A stretch of DNA of 63,514 nt, filler included, from Reclinomonas americana ATCC 50394 (Eukaryota), in NCBI GenBank assembly GCA_048213135.1. It is 5 parts of 5 records of this genome, joined end to end, with 100 filler letters (N's around TTAATTAATTAA, not from the genome) between each part and the next. Parts side by side here need not be neighbours in the genome. Positions count along the whole stretch, not along the records: positions 45,568 to 58,375 come from PS015536.1; positions 58,476 to 60,557 come from PS015538.1; positions 60,658 to 63,514 come from PS015541.1; 2 more parts are not named here. One strand, given 5' to 3'. Below are positions 53,301 to 63,514 of the stretch, piece after piece. Within the stretch, counting starts at the first letter, position 1. Every line of letters starts with the position of its first letter. A model generated the notes under the pieces. The model did no database searches. It had not been told where the DNA came from and saw nothing but the letters and a program-made list of their open reading frames with translations. The position numbers and the translations under genes are program-made.

Positions 53301-55540
53301 GAGGGTGAGGGATGTGGAAGAGGAGGGACGCACCGCCATGAACACGGGAAACAGGAGGTGCATGATCAGGGCCTGGTGTGTAGACGGGTGGGGTGAGACA
53401 AGCAAGATTGTGGCTGGGTCGTCGCGAAAGGAAGCGCAACGTAGTAAAATACTTCGACAAAGCTGACAATGTCGAACTTGAAGGTGTCGGTGGAGTCGGT
53501 GGGAAACCGACGGAGTTCTGCTTCCAGCAACAACGAGGCAAGAGTTAGAACGACCTGAGAGGCAGGAAGAGAGAAAGACGGGGAAGACAGGAGAACAAGA
53601 GAAGAGAGATGACAGGAGAGAGAAGAGACGAGAGAAAACGCTGCTGCTCTCTCCCCTCCCTGTCTCTTATATCTCACGAAAAGAAGAGAGAGAGAAGAAG
53701 CGATACCTTTCCCGCTTCCTCGGTTTCTTCCCTCTTCTCTTCCCCCTTCCCTGTCTATCTCTCTGTATGTCTCGCAAGAAGCATGCGAAGAGATTAGAGA
53801 GAGAAAGAGAGTGGCCTTCTCATTTTCGGTCTTTCTTCTGCTCTCTTCTGCCCCTGTCTCTCGCACAAAGCACGCAGAGGTGAGAGAGAACGCACCATTC
53901 CCTCTTCTTTGCCCTCTTCCCTCATTTCGCTCTTCCTTCTGCTCTCTTCTACCCCTGGCTCTCGCACAAAGCACGAGCAGAGGTGAGAGAGAACGCACCA
54001 TTCCCTCTTCCTTGCCCTCTTCCTTCTTTTCGCTGTTCCTTCTGCTCTCTTCTTTCCCTGTCTCGTATATCTCGCACGAAACCACGAGGAAGAAGTGTGA
54101 GAGAGAGAGAGAGTTATGTTTCCTCGTCCTCGTCCTGCCTTGCTCTCTTCCATCTTCCCTCTCTATCTCTCTATGTCACGGACGAAGCAATGTGAAGAGA
54201 GAAAACCTTGCCATTCCTCTTCCCCCGTCCCCCTTCCCCCTTCCCCTTCCCCCTTCTCCCCCTTTCCCCTTTCCCCTTTCCCCTTTCCCCTTTCCCCTTT
54301 CCCCTTTCCCCTTTCCCCTTTCCCCTTTCCCTTTCCCTTTCCCTTTCCCCTTTCCCCTCTCCACGCAACTCGTGGTGAGCGACGCTCCGTAGACATTGCT
54401 GGAGGTCTTGGCGGCCGTGAACACGGCATTATCCATGAGCTGCGATACCGCAATCACATTGCTGACGTTGAGGTTGGCGATGAACTGCGTGTTCCGCGAC
54501 ACGTAGCCGACACTGGAGTTGTAGTAGGCCGTGTAGTCGAGGTAGCCGTTGGTGGCATCGAGGTCGTTGATCGCGATTCCATACAGCACCGACTGCGTCG
54601 TGCCAAAACGACTAAACAAGACCTGATCCATCGCGCTCTTGTCGGTCACCGGTGTCATGCGGAACGACGGCGGACTCGGCAGCCGATTGTTGGTGCGCTG
54701 CGTCCAGAACTGTCGCGACATGCACATATCAACACACAGAGCACGCAGCGAGGACTCTCTCTCTCTCGCAGCGCAACTGCGACTTTGGTAAAGTCAAACG
54801 ACCCGAGCAACCCGCTGACCATGGGTGTCGATGTGGTGTAATCCAGTGTGCCCAACACCGGTGCCAGTGACGATGGTGCAGTGTAGGGCGCCGTCGGTCC
54901 ATAAGAGCCCGAGCGAGGCAGACTGTTTGCCCAAAAGAGCACACACCCAGTCACTCTGTCAGTCTCAATAACGTGTGTGTTGTTCGCCGCCCATCCCCAA
55001 CACACACGCAACTATACAGTGGGTTTCTCGAGAGGCTGATTGGTCTCGGGTGTTCCCGAGCTGAGGAAGGAGTTGACGAGGAGCTGCGCGCCAAACAGCA
55101 GCAGCAGGAGCACAACGGGCGTCACAAAGACGCAGCATGTGGTGCATGGTGACTGCGGCAATCAATTAATGTGTGAGTGATGTGTGTGTGAGAGAGAGAG
55201 TGTGTGTGTGTGCATGCGTAACTCTCTTTTGCACGTGCCAGCTCTTGATGATCATGGCGCGGATCTGTGCGCCATTGTTGGGTCGCGCAGTCACGCCTGG
55301 GCGCAGTTGTGTTGGTGGTGTGTATGGTGGTGGTGGTGGTGCGCCCTTGTCTCCACTGTTGGTGTGTGGCAGAGAGGAGAAGGAAGGAGGAGCGGCGGCA
55401 GAGGCCGAGGCCGCTGGAGGCGGCGGTGGCGCCTGCATGAACGGTACGGTGGATCGGTCGCCCGTCGGTCGGCGAAAGGCTCGCGCTGCGCGCTCTGTCC
55501 GCGCTCGTGACCCGCGTTGCGTCGCGGCGCGGTCTCTCAT
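50380..55540 (-). CDS. Half-size ABC transporter subfamily A (TMD + NBD), copy 2; start at 55540 or 55438
   Basis: QIRAMIIKSWHVQKR, LAQEREHRLRYIMRLMGL, GHNGAGKTT, YSGGMRRRL, LCDEPTT-GLDP, TTHSMEEA, LKERYGNGY, and C-terminal WGLTET-TLEDVFL. Confidence 0.9.
54225..54360. repeat. (CCCCTTT)n / (GGGGAAA)n low-complexity repeat in an ABCA intron
   Basis: Tandem TTCCCCT-type units visible directly. Confidence 0.85.
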
Positions 55541-56208
55541 TGGTATCTGCTGAGGTGCAATTCGCCTGCCAGCTGCCTTGTGCTTGGTGTGTGATGCAGA
55601 TTGGGTTGTGTGTGTGTGGCTGTGGCGAGGCGCGGCTGTGCGAGCGCTTGATGCCGCGTTTTTTTCCGCGCGCGTCGAGATATCGAAGCTGATATTGTCC
55701 AATTTCGTGCCCCGCTATATATGCTGTGCAGCTGTTGCAGCAGGACAGATCAGCAGCGACGTCGTATGCAGATCTCCATAGAATAGCGGCAGCGCATTGG
55801 GCAAACAACTACGCTGTTGATCATGAGGCCGCGAAATCGATCTCGGGCGCGATCGGGGCTCGCGATCGGCGCGGCCGCGCGCGCGCGTTTGTGCAGAAGA
55901 GCAACGCGTTCACGCAAGCGTCAGACGAATTAGATATCTGAAATGCCATCTCATCTGTGCGAGATGTTGCACGAGCCGCTGCTGCTGAGCTGATCGGTTT
56001 CTTGTGTAAACCAACATTGAAAGTCGACGTCCTCTTCCGTCAGCTGGTAGGCCAAGGCCTGTTCGGAGGACCTGCGCCTTCCACCTTGAACAGGGCAACG
56101 TCCCCCCTTCACCCGCCTATCATTCCCCCGCCCTCCACCAACCAGTCAAAACCGAGGTGTCCCCGCGTCCCCCAGTTGGTGCGACACCGACTTTACACAT
56201 GCATGCGC

Positions 56209-57153
56209 ATGGCTGCCGCCTCATTTTGCGAGAGGGCACCGTCGGCGAGTGCAGTCGACGCCTCTCACAGAGTTGCCGTTGAGATGCCTGAGGAACTCCG
56301 TGGAGAAGCTCCTCCGATTGAGCGAGAGAGATGGCTTTGGCATGAGGGTCGTCCGTGGCCGCAGTCAACGCCCGCTGGCGAGTTTCGCCCTGTGCATATC
56401 AAAAGTACGTTTTGTGCCACAGGTCATGTGCGAATAAGCTGCTGAGAACGCACACTCTCACAGATTCTTTCGAAGAAGACTTTGAGTGCGCTGTGTTGAT
56501 TCGCATTGTTCACACGCCGTCGTCGCATGGTGGCGGCAGCGACGAGCAGCAGATGTGGGTTTATGATCGAAACATCGCCTGCGAGGTTTTCGTGGCGATG
56601 GCGTTGTATGTGCTGGAAAGCACTGCGGCTGGAAGGTTGCAATCTGCGCCATCAGACTGAGCGTTCTCTGGTATGTGCGCGGCTGCTCTACCCCCGCACA
56701 GTGTCCGAAGACGCCATGCGAGCCGCTGTCTCGGAGGTGTTGCGACGCAATGATGCCTGTCGCGAAAACGGCAACTATTCGTTGCTGTTCCTCTCTGCGG
56801 AGGAGTCTTTCAACGGCGTCTCCGTTGCACGGCGCCCACTGGACAGGTGGAGACTCGTACGAACCTCGTCTGCTTCGAGTGCAGTGCACGACGTCGACGA
56901 GTCGCCATCGGCTTATGGCGATCCTTGGTCCACCTGCATTCCTGACGACGATCCTTCTTGGTCCACCTGCATTCCTGGCGACCTTGACTTTGACGATGCC
57001 AGCCGTAATGCCGATCCACGTATGTTCAGCCACTGCGACCTTGCCATGCTCGGCCTTCGTCCCGCGCACCCTGCGTGGTGCGTTGATCATAAGGATCAGC
57101 GGTACACGTTGGCCACCCTGCAGTCACCGGTGCCAGTCGATCGCGACCTGTAA
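56209..57153 (+). CDS. Hypothetical protein (about 3 exons)
   Basis: ORFs MAAASFCER.., DSFEEDFECAVLIRI.. and TERSLVCARLL..VDRDL* lie in order with candidate GT..AG introns between them; internal peptide duplication DP(S)WSTCIP. Confidence 0.45.
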
Positions 57154-57200
57154 TCCGGAGGAAGCTTGGCGATATCAGGAAACAACAATAACAACAACAA

Positions 57201-57236
<36 letters not shown>

Positions 57237-57965
57237 CAACACCATCACCGCCACCAACAACAACAGCAAACACTCGTAAGTGAGTCATACAAGAATGTGT
57301 ATCGGTACAATAATAAGTCATGTGCTCATCAACTCCCACTGCATCGACTTGCTGCATGCAGAGTCGTTGCGATGCAATCGTGATACAGAGAGAGACGCAG
57401 CGGTTCACTGCTTTGGCTCTCACAAGCAGGCACACACTCCGCCCACTGCCACAATTGATTACACAAATTAGTTTGTACTTTTGTATCGCAGCGTGTTCAG
57501 AAACTCCCACAACTCTCCCTCCCTCTCATCCTCCTCCCTCCCTCACTCCATCCCCTCCCCCAAGTGGCGCATGATGTCGACCAACAGCACTCGTCGCTGA
57601 CGCATTCAATGCAACAATGCAAGAGCGAGTCGTTAAACTTCATTTCAAATGCACTAAACTCCTCTCCCTCACACTCCCTCTCTCTCTCATACACACACGC
57701 TGCGCTCAGCGGCAGCAGCACGACTGGCAGTCGGGATGCCCAGTGCAGCACGCAACGCACCAGCACAGCAGCCACACCGGCACAAAAAACNNNNNNNNNN
57801 NNNNNNNNNNNNNNNNNNNNNNNNNNNNNNNNNNNNNNNNNNNNNNNNNNNNNNNNNNNNNNNNNNNNNNNNNNNNNNNNNNNNNNNNNNNNNNNNNNNN
57901 NNNNNNNNNNNNNNNNNNNNNNNNNNNNNNNNNNNNNNNNNNNNNNNNNGAGAGAAGAGAGAGAG

Positions 57966-58375
57966 ATGACTTCCCCTCAAGCATCGCCAATGAGCGCTGG
58001 GTACGCTGTGGGCTCGCAGCCGGCGGTGGCCTTCTCGCCGCCTGGCACCGCGCCGCAGATGATGCCGATGGTGGCGCCGGGCACGGTGGCGTACCCGCCC
58101 GGCACTGTGGTGCCAATGATGGCTTACCCGCCGCCGCAGCAGCAGCAGCCTGGCACCGACCCAGTGCTGATGGCCATGATGATCAATGCGCAAAATCAGC
58201 AGAATGCACAAAACGCCGCCATGATGATGGCCGCTGCGGCTGCACACCAACCGGCGCCTGCTGCCGCGCCCATTATCATTAACAACAACAACAACAACAA
58301 TAACAACAATAACAACAACAACAACAGCGGTGGAGGGAGTCGCGGAGTGAATCATTGCGGCCATTGCGTCACGAC
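57966..58375 (+). CDS. Small Pro/Met/Gln-rich protein with poly-Asn and a VNHCGHC motif; truncated by gap
   Basis: MTSPQASPM..YPP..QQQQ..N-run..SGGGSRGVNHCGHCVT, then N-gap. Confidence 0.55.
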
Positions 58376-58699
58376 NNNNNNNNNNNNNNNNNNNNNNNNN
58401 NNNNNNNNNNNNNNNNNNNTTAATTAATTAANNNNNNNNNNNNNNNNNNNNNNNNNNNNNNNNNNNNNNNNNNNNGGAGAAGGAGAAGAAGAAGAGGAGG
58501 AGAAGAAGGAGAAGAAGAAGGAGAAGAAGACGAAGAGGGAGAAGAGGGAGAAGAGGAAGAAGAGGAAGAAGAACGAGAACAAGAACGACGATGCAGAGAA
58601 GGAGGAGAGAGAGAGAAGAAGGAGGAGGACGAAAAGGAAAAAGAGAAGGAGGAAACGAGAGACAGAGAGTGCAAGAGAGAGGAGAAAGGAGACAGACGA

Positions 58700-59157
58700 A
58701 AGCAATCACAATGTTGTTCCGAACCTCAACAACACTGATCGCAGGCACACCGTAGATCTCAGAGGCACTCTTCTGCCTCTTCATCGGTGGCTCGCTCACT
58801 GAGCAACACAGCAAAACAGTCAAACAACAACAGTCAAACACAGAGAGACTGAGAGAGAGAGAGAGAGACAAACCAACATCGCTGCCTCCAAGCTGCTCAC
58901 ATGCGAGAGACACACACTGTGTGTGAGAGATTCACTAGTCACACTCTCTCTTTCTCACACACACACTCACCGAGGAGAGTGATGAGGAAGAGGCATTGGA
59001 GGAGAGCGCAGTGGAGGAGGAAGCAGGTCCACCGGAGATTTGCGAGATGAGGCGACGACCCTGCTCGTTTGACAGTGAGAGAGTGTGCATGTGTGAGAGA
59101 GACAGAGTGAGCTCTGTGTTTTTAAGTCACCAGTTGCGTTGGCTTGTCGACATCCAT
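58700..59157 (-). CDS. 5' exons of a hypothetical gene running into a gap
   Basis: Candidate exons MDVDKPTQL, VVASSRKSPVDLLPPPLRSPP and EPPMKRQKSASEIYGVPAISVVE separated by GT..AG introns. Confidence 0.35.
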
Positions 59158-59271
59158 GTGAGCAGAGAGTGAGGGACGAGAGGACACTTCCGATGCTTTC
59201 GTTCATTCGCGAAGGGATGTGAGGAGAGGAATACAACACACACGCAAAGGAAACACGCAGTGGAGGCTGGC

Positions 59272-60345
59272 TTAGATGGGGATCTTGAAGCAGCCGAAAC
59301 TGTGCAGACGGTGGTGAGTGAGAACGTGGTGGAGGGAACTGGGGGAAGCGATGGTGCACGTACTTGTCCTTGCTGTGGATGGTGGCAGCGGCGAGCGAGA
59401 GCGGTGTGAGTGAGGGTAGAGCATGCTAGATATTGCAAGAGCAACAAACCCCTTGTACAGGCACTTCTTCTGCACGAGAGGGAGTGAGTACGTGCGCAGA
59501 GATGGTGAGAACATGGGGATGACAAACCTCCCAGCACATGAGAGTCGTGTCGAGCTCAGCGCATCCGTCCTGCGTGGTATGGAGTGAGACACAAGTGCTA
59601 CAACACAATGGCAAGTGGGTGGACACGCAACAATCTCGGTCTTGGTGAATTGGAGCTGTGGTGTGAATGAAAAGCGTTAACACACGCCATCTTGCTGCGT
59701 TAATCGCGTGCACACGCAACATTGGTGAACTCCAGGCAAATGCTAAACACGTCGCCGGGGATGTAGTGCAGCAGCTTGATGAGGTCGTCGATGAGCTTCT
59801 TGAAGGGCGCCAGTCCCGGAATCAGCACGAGCAGCTCGAGCAGGTTGTCCTGGTCGACGCACATGTTGGAGCCTGTGGAGCGAGGGAGGTGAGGAAAGGG
59901 CTGGTGAAAGGGAGGAAGAGTGGTGGAACGGACCATTGACGAGCGGCTCGTCGAGCACGGTGTGGTTGTTGATGATCTGCAACAGCGTAATCAGAGATCG
60001 CGGTGGTGAGAAGAGCGAATGGAAGAAATGCTAACCAGACGGACGCCCAGAGTCTGTCATTGCACAACAAGTTAGAGGCTGCATCATGAGGAGGAAGCAC
60101 GGCAACAACACGCAACGAGGTTCTCCGGAATCACGTACAGCTCTGCACGAGAACACCAGACGACTCAGTCAACAATCAAGCCCCTTTCTCGCGACACCAC
60201 GGACGAACTCACCCAAGCACGTATCGCCCAACACCGGGATCTGCAGGCACTTCTCCCAGTCGGACTCCTTGTCACCGAGAGCACTCGTCGCACGCGGTTC
60301 CATCATGTCCAGCAACGAGAGAGCCTCATGATCGCCATCAAGACT
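59272..60345 (-). CDS. DUF4773-like cysteine-containing beta protein; 5' part lost in gap
   Basis: Spliced product CLQIPVLGDTCLELYVIPENL-TLGVRL-IINNHTVLDEPLVN-GSNMC...ICLEFTN-LQFTK..GCAELD...SFGCFKIPI* resembles the recalled DUF4773 pattern. Confidence 0.5.
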
Positions 60346-60495
60346 ACATGACAAGAGAGAGAGGGGGGGTGAGAGAGAGAGAGAGGAGGGAGGAGAGAGA
60401 GAGAGAGAGGAGGAGGAGGAGGAGGGAGGAGGGAGGAGAGGAGGAGGAGTGAGAGAGAGAGTAGAGAGGAAGGGAAGGGAAGGTAGTGTGGAGAG

Positions 60496-60541
<46 letters not shown>

Positions 60542-60657
60542 TAGTGTCGTACGTAGANNNNNNNNNNNNNNNNNNNNNNNNNNNNNNNNNNNNNNNNNNN
60601 NTTAATTAATTAANNNNNNNNNNNNNNNNNNNNNNNNNNNNNNNNNNNNNNNNNNNN

Positions 60658-60963
60658 ATGTCCTTCGAGTCGTCGCACCTCCTCGCCACTCGCCAGCGAC
60701 CACACCCGCACCGTCTTGTCTTCGCTTCCACTCACGATGCGCTGACCGTCAGGAGTGACAGCGACAGAGTACACCCAGTTGGTGTGCCCCTCCAGCCGTC
60801 GCACCTCCAGGCCACTCGCCAGCGACCACACCCGAATGGATTTATCCGCACTTCCACTGACAACGTGCTGGCCGTCGGGAGTGACCACGACGGACAACAC
60901 CGTGTGTGTGTGTCCACGCAAGTGTTTGTGCAGGAGAGCAGGTGAGGCAGCGGCGGAGGTCAT
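60658..60963 (-). CDS. Intronless WD40-repeat protein, copy A (3' truncated by gap)
   Basis: MTSAAASPALLHKHLRGH..VTPDGQHVVSGSADKSIRVWSLASG.EVRRLEGH repeats. Confidence 0.85.
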
Positions 60964-61127
60964 GATGCGTGTGCGGTTCTCTCGCAATGTTCTCGTGTTC
61001 TTTCGGTGTTGTCCTCCGATCGCGAAAGGAGAGAGAATCCCGGCCACGGTCGGTGGACCACAGAACACTTCTTCACTTCAGCGCAGCATGTAGAAAGACG
61101 CGCAACAAGAAGAACATTAAAATGAAG

Positions 61128-62204
61128 TCACAGGCAGAGGCTGGAACAGCGAAGAACAACGACAGCCGCCTCTTCGACAATGAAGCAGCGCAGCACCATC
61201 TCTGGCAGGCAACGCGAATCCCATTCAGCGTCGTCGTCTGTCATCTGGCGCTGCATTTCTTGGACTGCCTGCATGACCGAGCGCGCGCATTGGAGCTCCT
61301 GCCGCGCGAGACCGAAAGGTGCGGACCACACTCGCACGGTGCTGTCCCCACCTCCACTCACTATATGCTGGCCGTCGGGAGTGACGGCGACGGAGTTCAC
61401 CAAGTAAGTATGGCCCTCCAAACGTCGCACTTCCTCACCACTCGCCAGTGACCACACTCGCACAGTGTGGTCGAAGCTGCCGCTGACAACGTGCTGACCA
61501 TCGAGAGCGACAACACACTGCACTGTTGCACCGTGCCCCTTGAGCCGTCGCACTTCGTCTCCGCTCGCCACTGACCACACACGCAAGGTCCCGTCTCCAC
61601 CCCCGCTGATAATGCGCTGACCGTCGGGAGTGATGGCGACAGACCGCACCGACAATGTGTGCCCCTCCAACCGTCGCACCTCCTCGCCACTCGCCAGCGA
61701 CCACACTCGCACTGTGGCGTCCTTACTCGCACTCACAGCGTGCTCACCATCGGGAGTGATGGCCACACAGAACACCGAGTCAGAGTGTCCCTCCATTCGT
61801 CGCACTTCTGTGCCACTCGCCAGTGACCACACTCGCATTGTTATGTCATAACTGCCGCTCACCAGGTGCTGCCCGTCGGGGGTGAAGGCGAGAGACCACA
61901 CTCCTCCAGTGTGTCCCTCCAGCCGTTGCACCTCCTCACCACTCGCCAGTGACCACACACGCACTGTCTTGTCGTCACTCCCGCTCACAGCGTGCTGACT
62001 GTCGGGGGAGACGGCGACAGACAATACTGCGTGTGTGTGCCCCACCAGCCGTCGTACTTCCTCGCCACTCGCCAGTGACCACACTCGCACTGTTCTATCT
62101 GCACTCCCACTGACAAGTTGCTGGTTGTCGGGAGTGACGGCGACGGAAAACACCGTGTATGCATGTCCACGCAAGCACTTACAGTGGAGAGCGGCGGAGG
62201 TCAT
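61128..62204 (-). CDS. Intronless 7-blade WD40 protein with highly similar repeats and a short helical tail, copy B
   Basis: Seven ~42-aa repeats L.GH...V.SVA.TPDGQ..VSGS.D.TVRVWSLASG.EVRR in one uninterrupted ORF. Confidence 0.9.
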   Translation of the reverse strand: MTSAALHCKCLRGHAYTVFSVAVTPDNQQLVSGSADRTVRVWSLASGEEVRRLVGHTHAVLSVAVSPDSQHAVSGSDDKTVRVWSLASGEEVQRLEGHTGGVWSLAFTPDGQHLVSGSYDITMRVWSLASGTEVRRMEGHSDSVFCVAITPDGEHAVSASKDATVRVWSLASGEEVRRLEGHTLSVRSVAITPDGQRIISGGGDGTLRVWSVASGDEVRRLKGHGATVQCVVALDGQHVVSGSFDHTVRVWSLASGEEVRRLEGHTYLVNSVAVTPDGQHIVSGGGDSTVRVWSAPFGLARQELQCARSVMQAVQEMQRQMTDDDAEWDSRCLPEMVLRCFIVEEAAVVVLRCSSLCL

Positions 62205-62470
62205 GATGCGTGTGCGTGTGGATGGGGACGGAGCGAGTGAAATGTGACGGACGTAGGACACGAAGTGTTACGAACTCATTCCCTTCCCACCCCTCTCTCC
62301 CACCCACATACGCAATACACAGTTTACATTTTCGATTGAGCAATTGTACACAAAGGGGGTCACTCTTGCGAGGATTAAACAAAAAAACAATGTAGGGTGG
62401 TGTCGCAAAACACTTCAGGTCCACACACGGGGTCCATAAACAGGGCTCTCGTCTTGTCTGCGCGCGATTA

Positions 62471-63514
62471 TTACGCGTCCTCCTCCTCCTCCTCCTCTTC
62501 CTCCTCATCGTCCGACTCGTACTCGGACGTCTCCGTCTCCGTCTCGCCATCCTCCTCATCCTCTTCCTCCTCTTCGTCGTCGTCGTCATCATCATCATCG
62601 TCGTCACCATCCTCATTCTCCTCATCGTCGTCATCGTCATCCGAGCCGGCGAACCAGTCATCGTCATTCTCGAGGTCAAAGTCAGCGGCACCGTCGCCCT
62701 CCTCCTCCTCCTCCTCATCATCATCGTCGTCGTCGTCGTCGCGACCATTGGAACGGCGACCACTGGACGAACCCGACGGGGACGAGGACGAGGAGCCCGC
62801 GCGACCGCCGAGCGTCTCCGGCGACTGCAGGAAGTCGAGGACCTCAAAAAGGAGACGCGGCAACAGCTCCTCGCGTGCCCACCAGTGGGCGGCAGCCACG
62901 GGGTTGCCGGGCGGTACGGCCTCCAGCGACTGCACCAGCAAGCAAAACGCGTCCAGTGTCGACGGCGACTCGCTCTTCTGGCGCGTCGCGCGGTCATTGT
63001 CGACGCCACCGCAGCTGGCCATGTCGACCGCGCCACCATTGTCGTCTCCGGTCACCTGATGATGATAATCATCGTCGTCGTCGTCGTCGTCATTCCCGAC
63101 ATCGAGGACGTCTCCGTCGTCGTCGTCGCCAACAACGTCGTCATTGTGCAGATCGTCACCGTCGCACATTCCATCAAAATCGGAGTCGCCACCCAGCAGC
63201 CCGTCGTCCATCGAATTATTGTGTGACGACGACGAGCGACGGCGCTGGAGGAGAGCTCCAGGCGACCGCGGCCGCTCAAACGGCGAAAAGGCAACCACAT
63301 CCATGTCGTCGCCGTCTGTGCCACGATTGTTGCGCGCGACGACGCCGCACGAGCCGCCCACATTGCTGTGCTCCGCCGCCGCCGGTCCCGTGACAGAAAT
63401 GGTGGTGGTGGTGATGATACCGGCAGTGCTAGTGGCAGTGGTGGTGGTGATGTGAATCGAAGGCTGCTCGTCAGTGGTGCTGTCGGCCTCGCGGCCGTCC
63501 TCGCGCAGCACAAC
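62471..63514 (-). CDS. 3' part of a hypothetical protein with very acidic D/E tail; 5' truncated by window edge
   Basis: Open frame of ~346 aa, largely low complexity, with one helical segment (DAFCLLVQSL..WWAREELLPRLLFEVLDFLQ). Confidence 0.5.
   Translation of the reverse strand, partial: VVLREDGREADSTTDEQPSIHITTTTATSTAGIITTTTISVTGPAAAEHSNVGGSCGVVARNNRGTDGDDMDVVAFSPFERPRSPGALLQRRRSSSSHNNSMDDGLLGGDSDFDGMCDGDDLHNDDVVGDDDDGDVLDVGNDDDDDDDDYHHQVTGDDNGGAVDMASCGGVDNDRATRQKSESPSTLDAFCLLVQSLEAVPPGNPVAAAHWWAREELLPRLLFEVLDFLQSPETLGGRAGSSSSSPSGSSSGRRSNGRDDDDDDDDEEEEEEGDGAADFDLENDDDWFAGSDDDDDDEENEDGDDDDDDDDDDEEEEEDEEDGETETETSEYESDDEEEEEEEEEDA

Noticed and set aside
54225..54360. (CCCCTTT)n as an interstitial telomere
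   Set aside because: Unit is irregular, lacks a typical TTAGGG-like core and is embedded in a general purine/pyrimidine-biased intron
57181..57270. CAA/CAG trinucleotide run
   Set aside because: Ordinary microsatellite downstream of a gene; no supported reading frame
1..63514. Alternative genetic code or frameshifting suggested by fragmented ORFs
   Set aside because: The frame breaks examined are explained by short spliceosomal introns with the standard code
1..63514. Transposons or integrated viral elements
   Set aside because: No transposase, reverse transcriptase, integrase or capsid motifs recognised

Overview
Draft-assembly window from a gene-dense, GC-rich, intron-rich eukaryote, most likely a unicellular protist (taxon not identifiable from sequence alone). 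Introns are mostly short (~60-100 nt), GT-AG with CTCAC/CTGAC branch motifs; (CA)n/(GA)n microsatellites and N-gaps are frequent. About 24 protein genes and one tRNA-Lys(UUU) can be reconstructed by hand-splicing. In order: sacsin-type HEPN C-terminus, ALKBH1, tRNA-Lys, kaptin (KPTN), an FG-repeat protein, a protein with a duplicated unrecognised domain, a secreted SUEL-lectin/EGF mosaic, an ARM-repeat protein, a large GPI-anchored FN3 protein, a C2H2 zinc finger, a divergent N-myristoyltransferase, RBM39, a coiled-coil protein, DENND11/LCHN, an ARM+TPR protein, two tandem half-size ABCA transporters, a DUF4773-like protein, two tandem intronless WD40 genes and several hypotheticals. I found no clear multi-gene novel system. 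The best leads are the intronless WD40 pair with NWD/HET-E-like variable positions, a recurrent GTTGCG splice-donor class, an NMT paralog with a remodelled peptide pocket, the duplicated ~60-aa domain, and a candidate poison acceptor in RBM39. All homology calls are from recalled motifs, not database searches, and gene models are manual.
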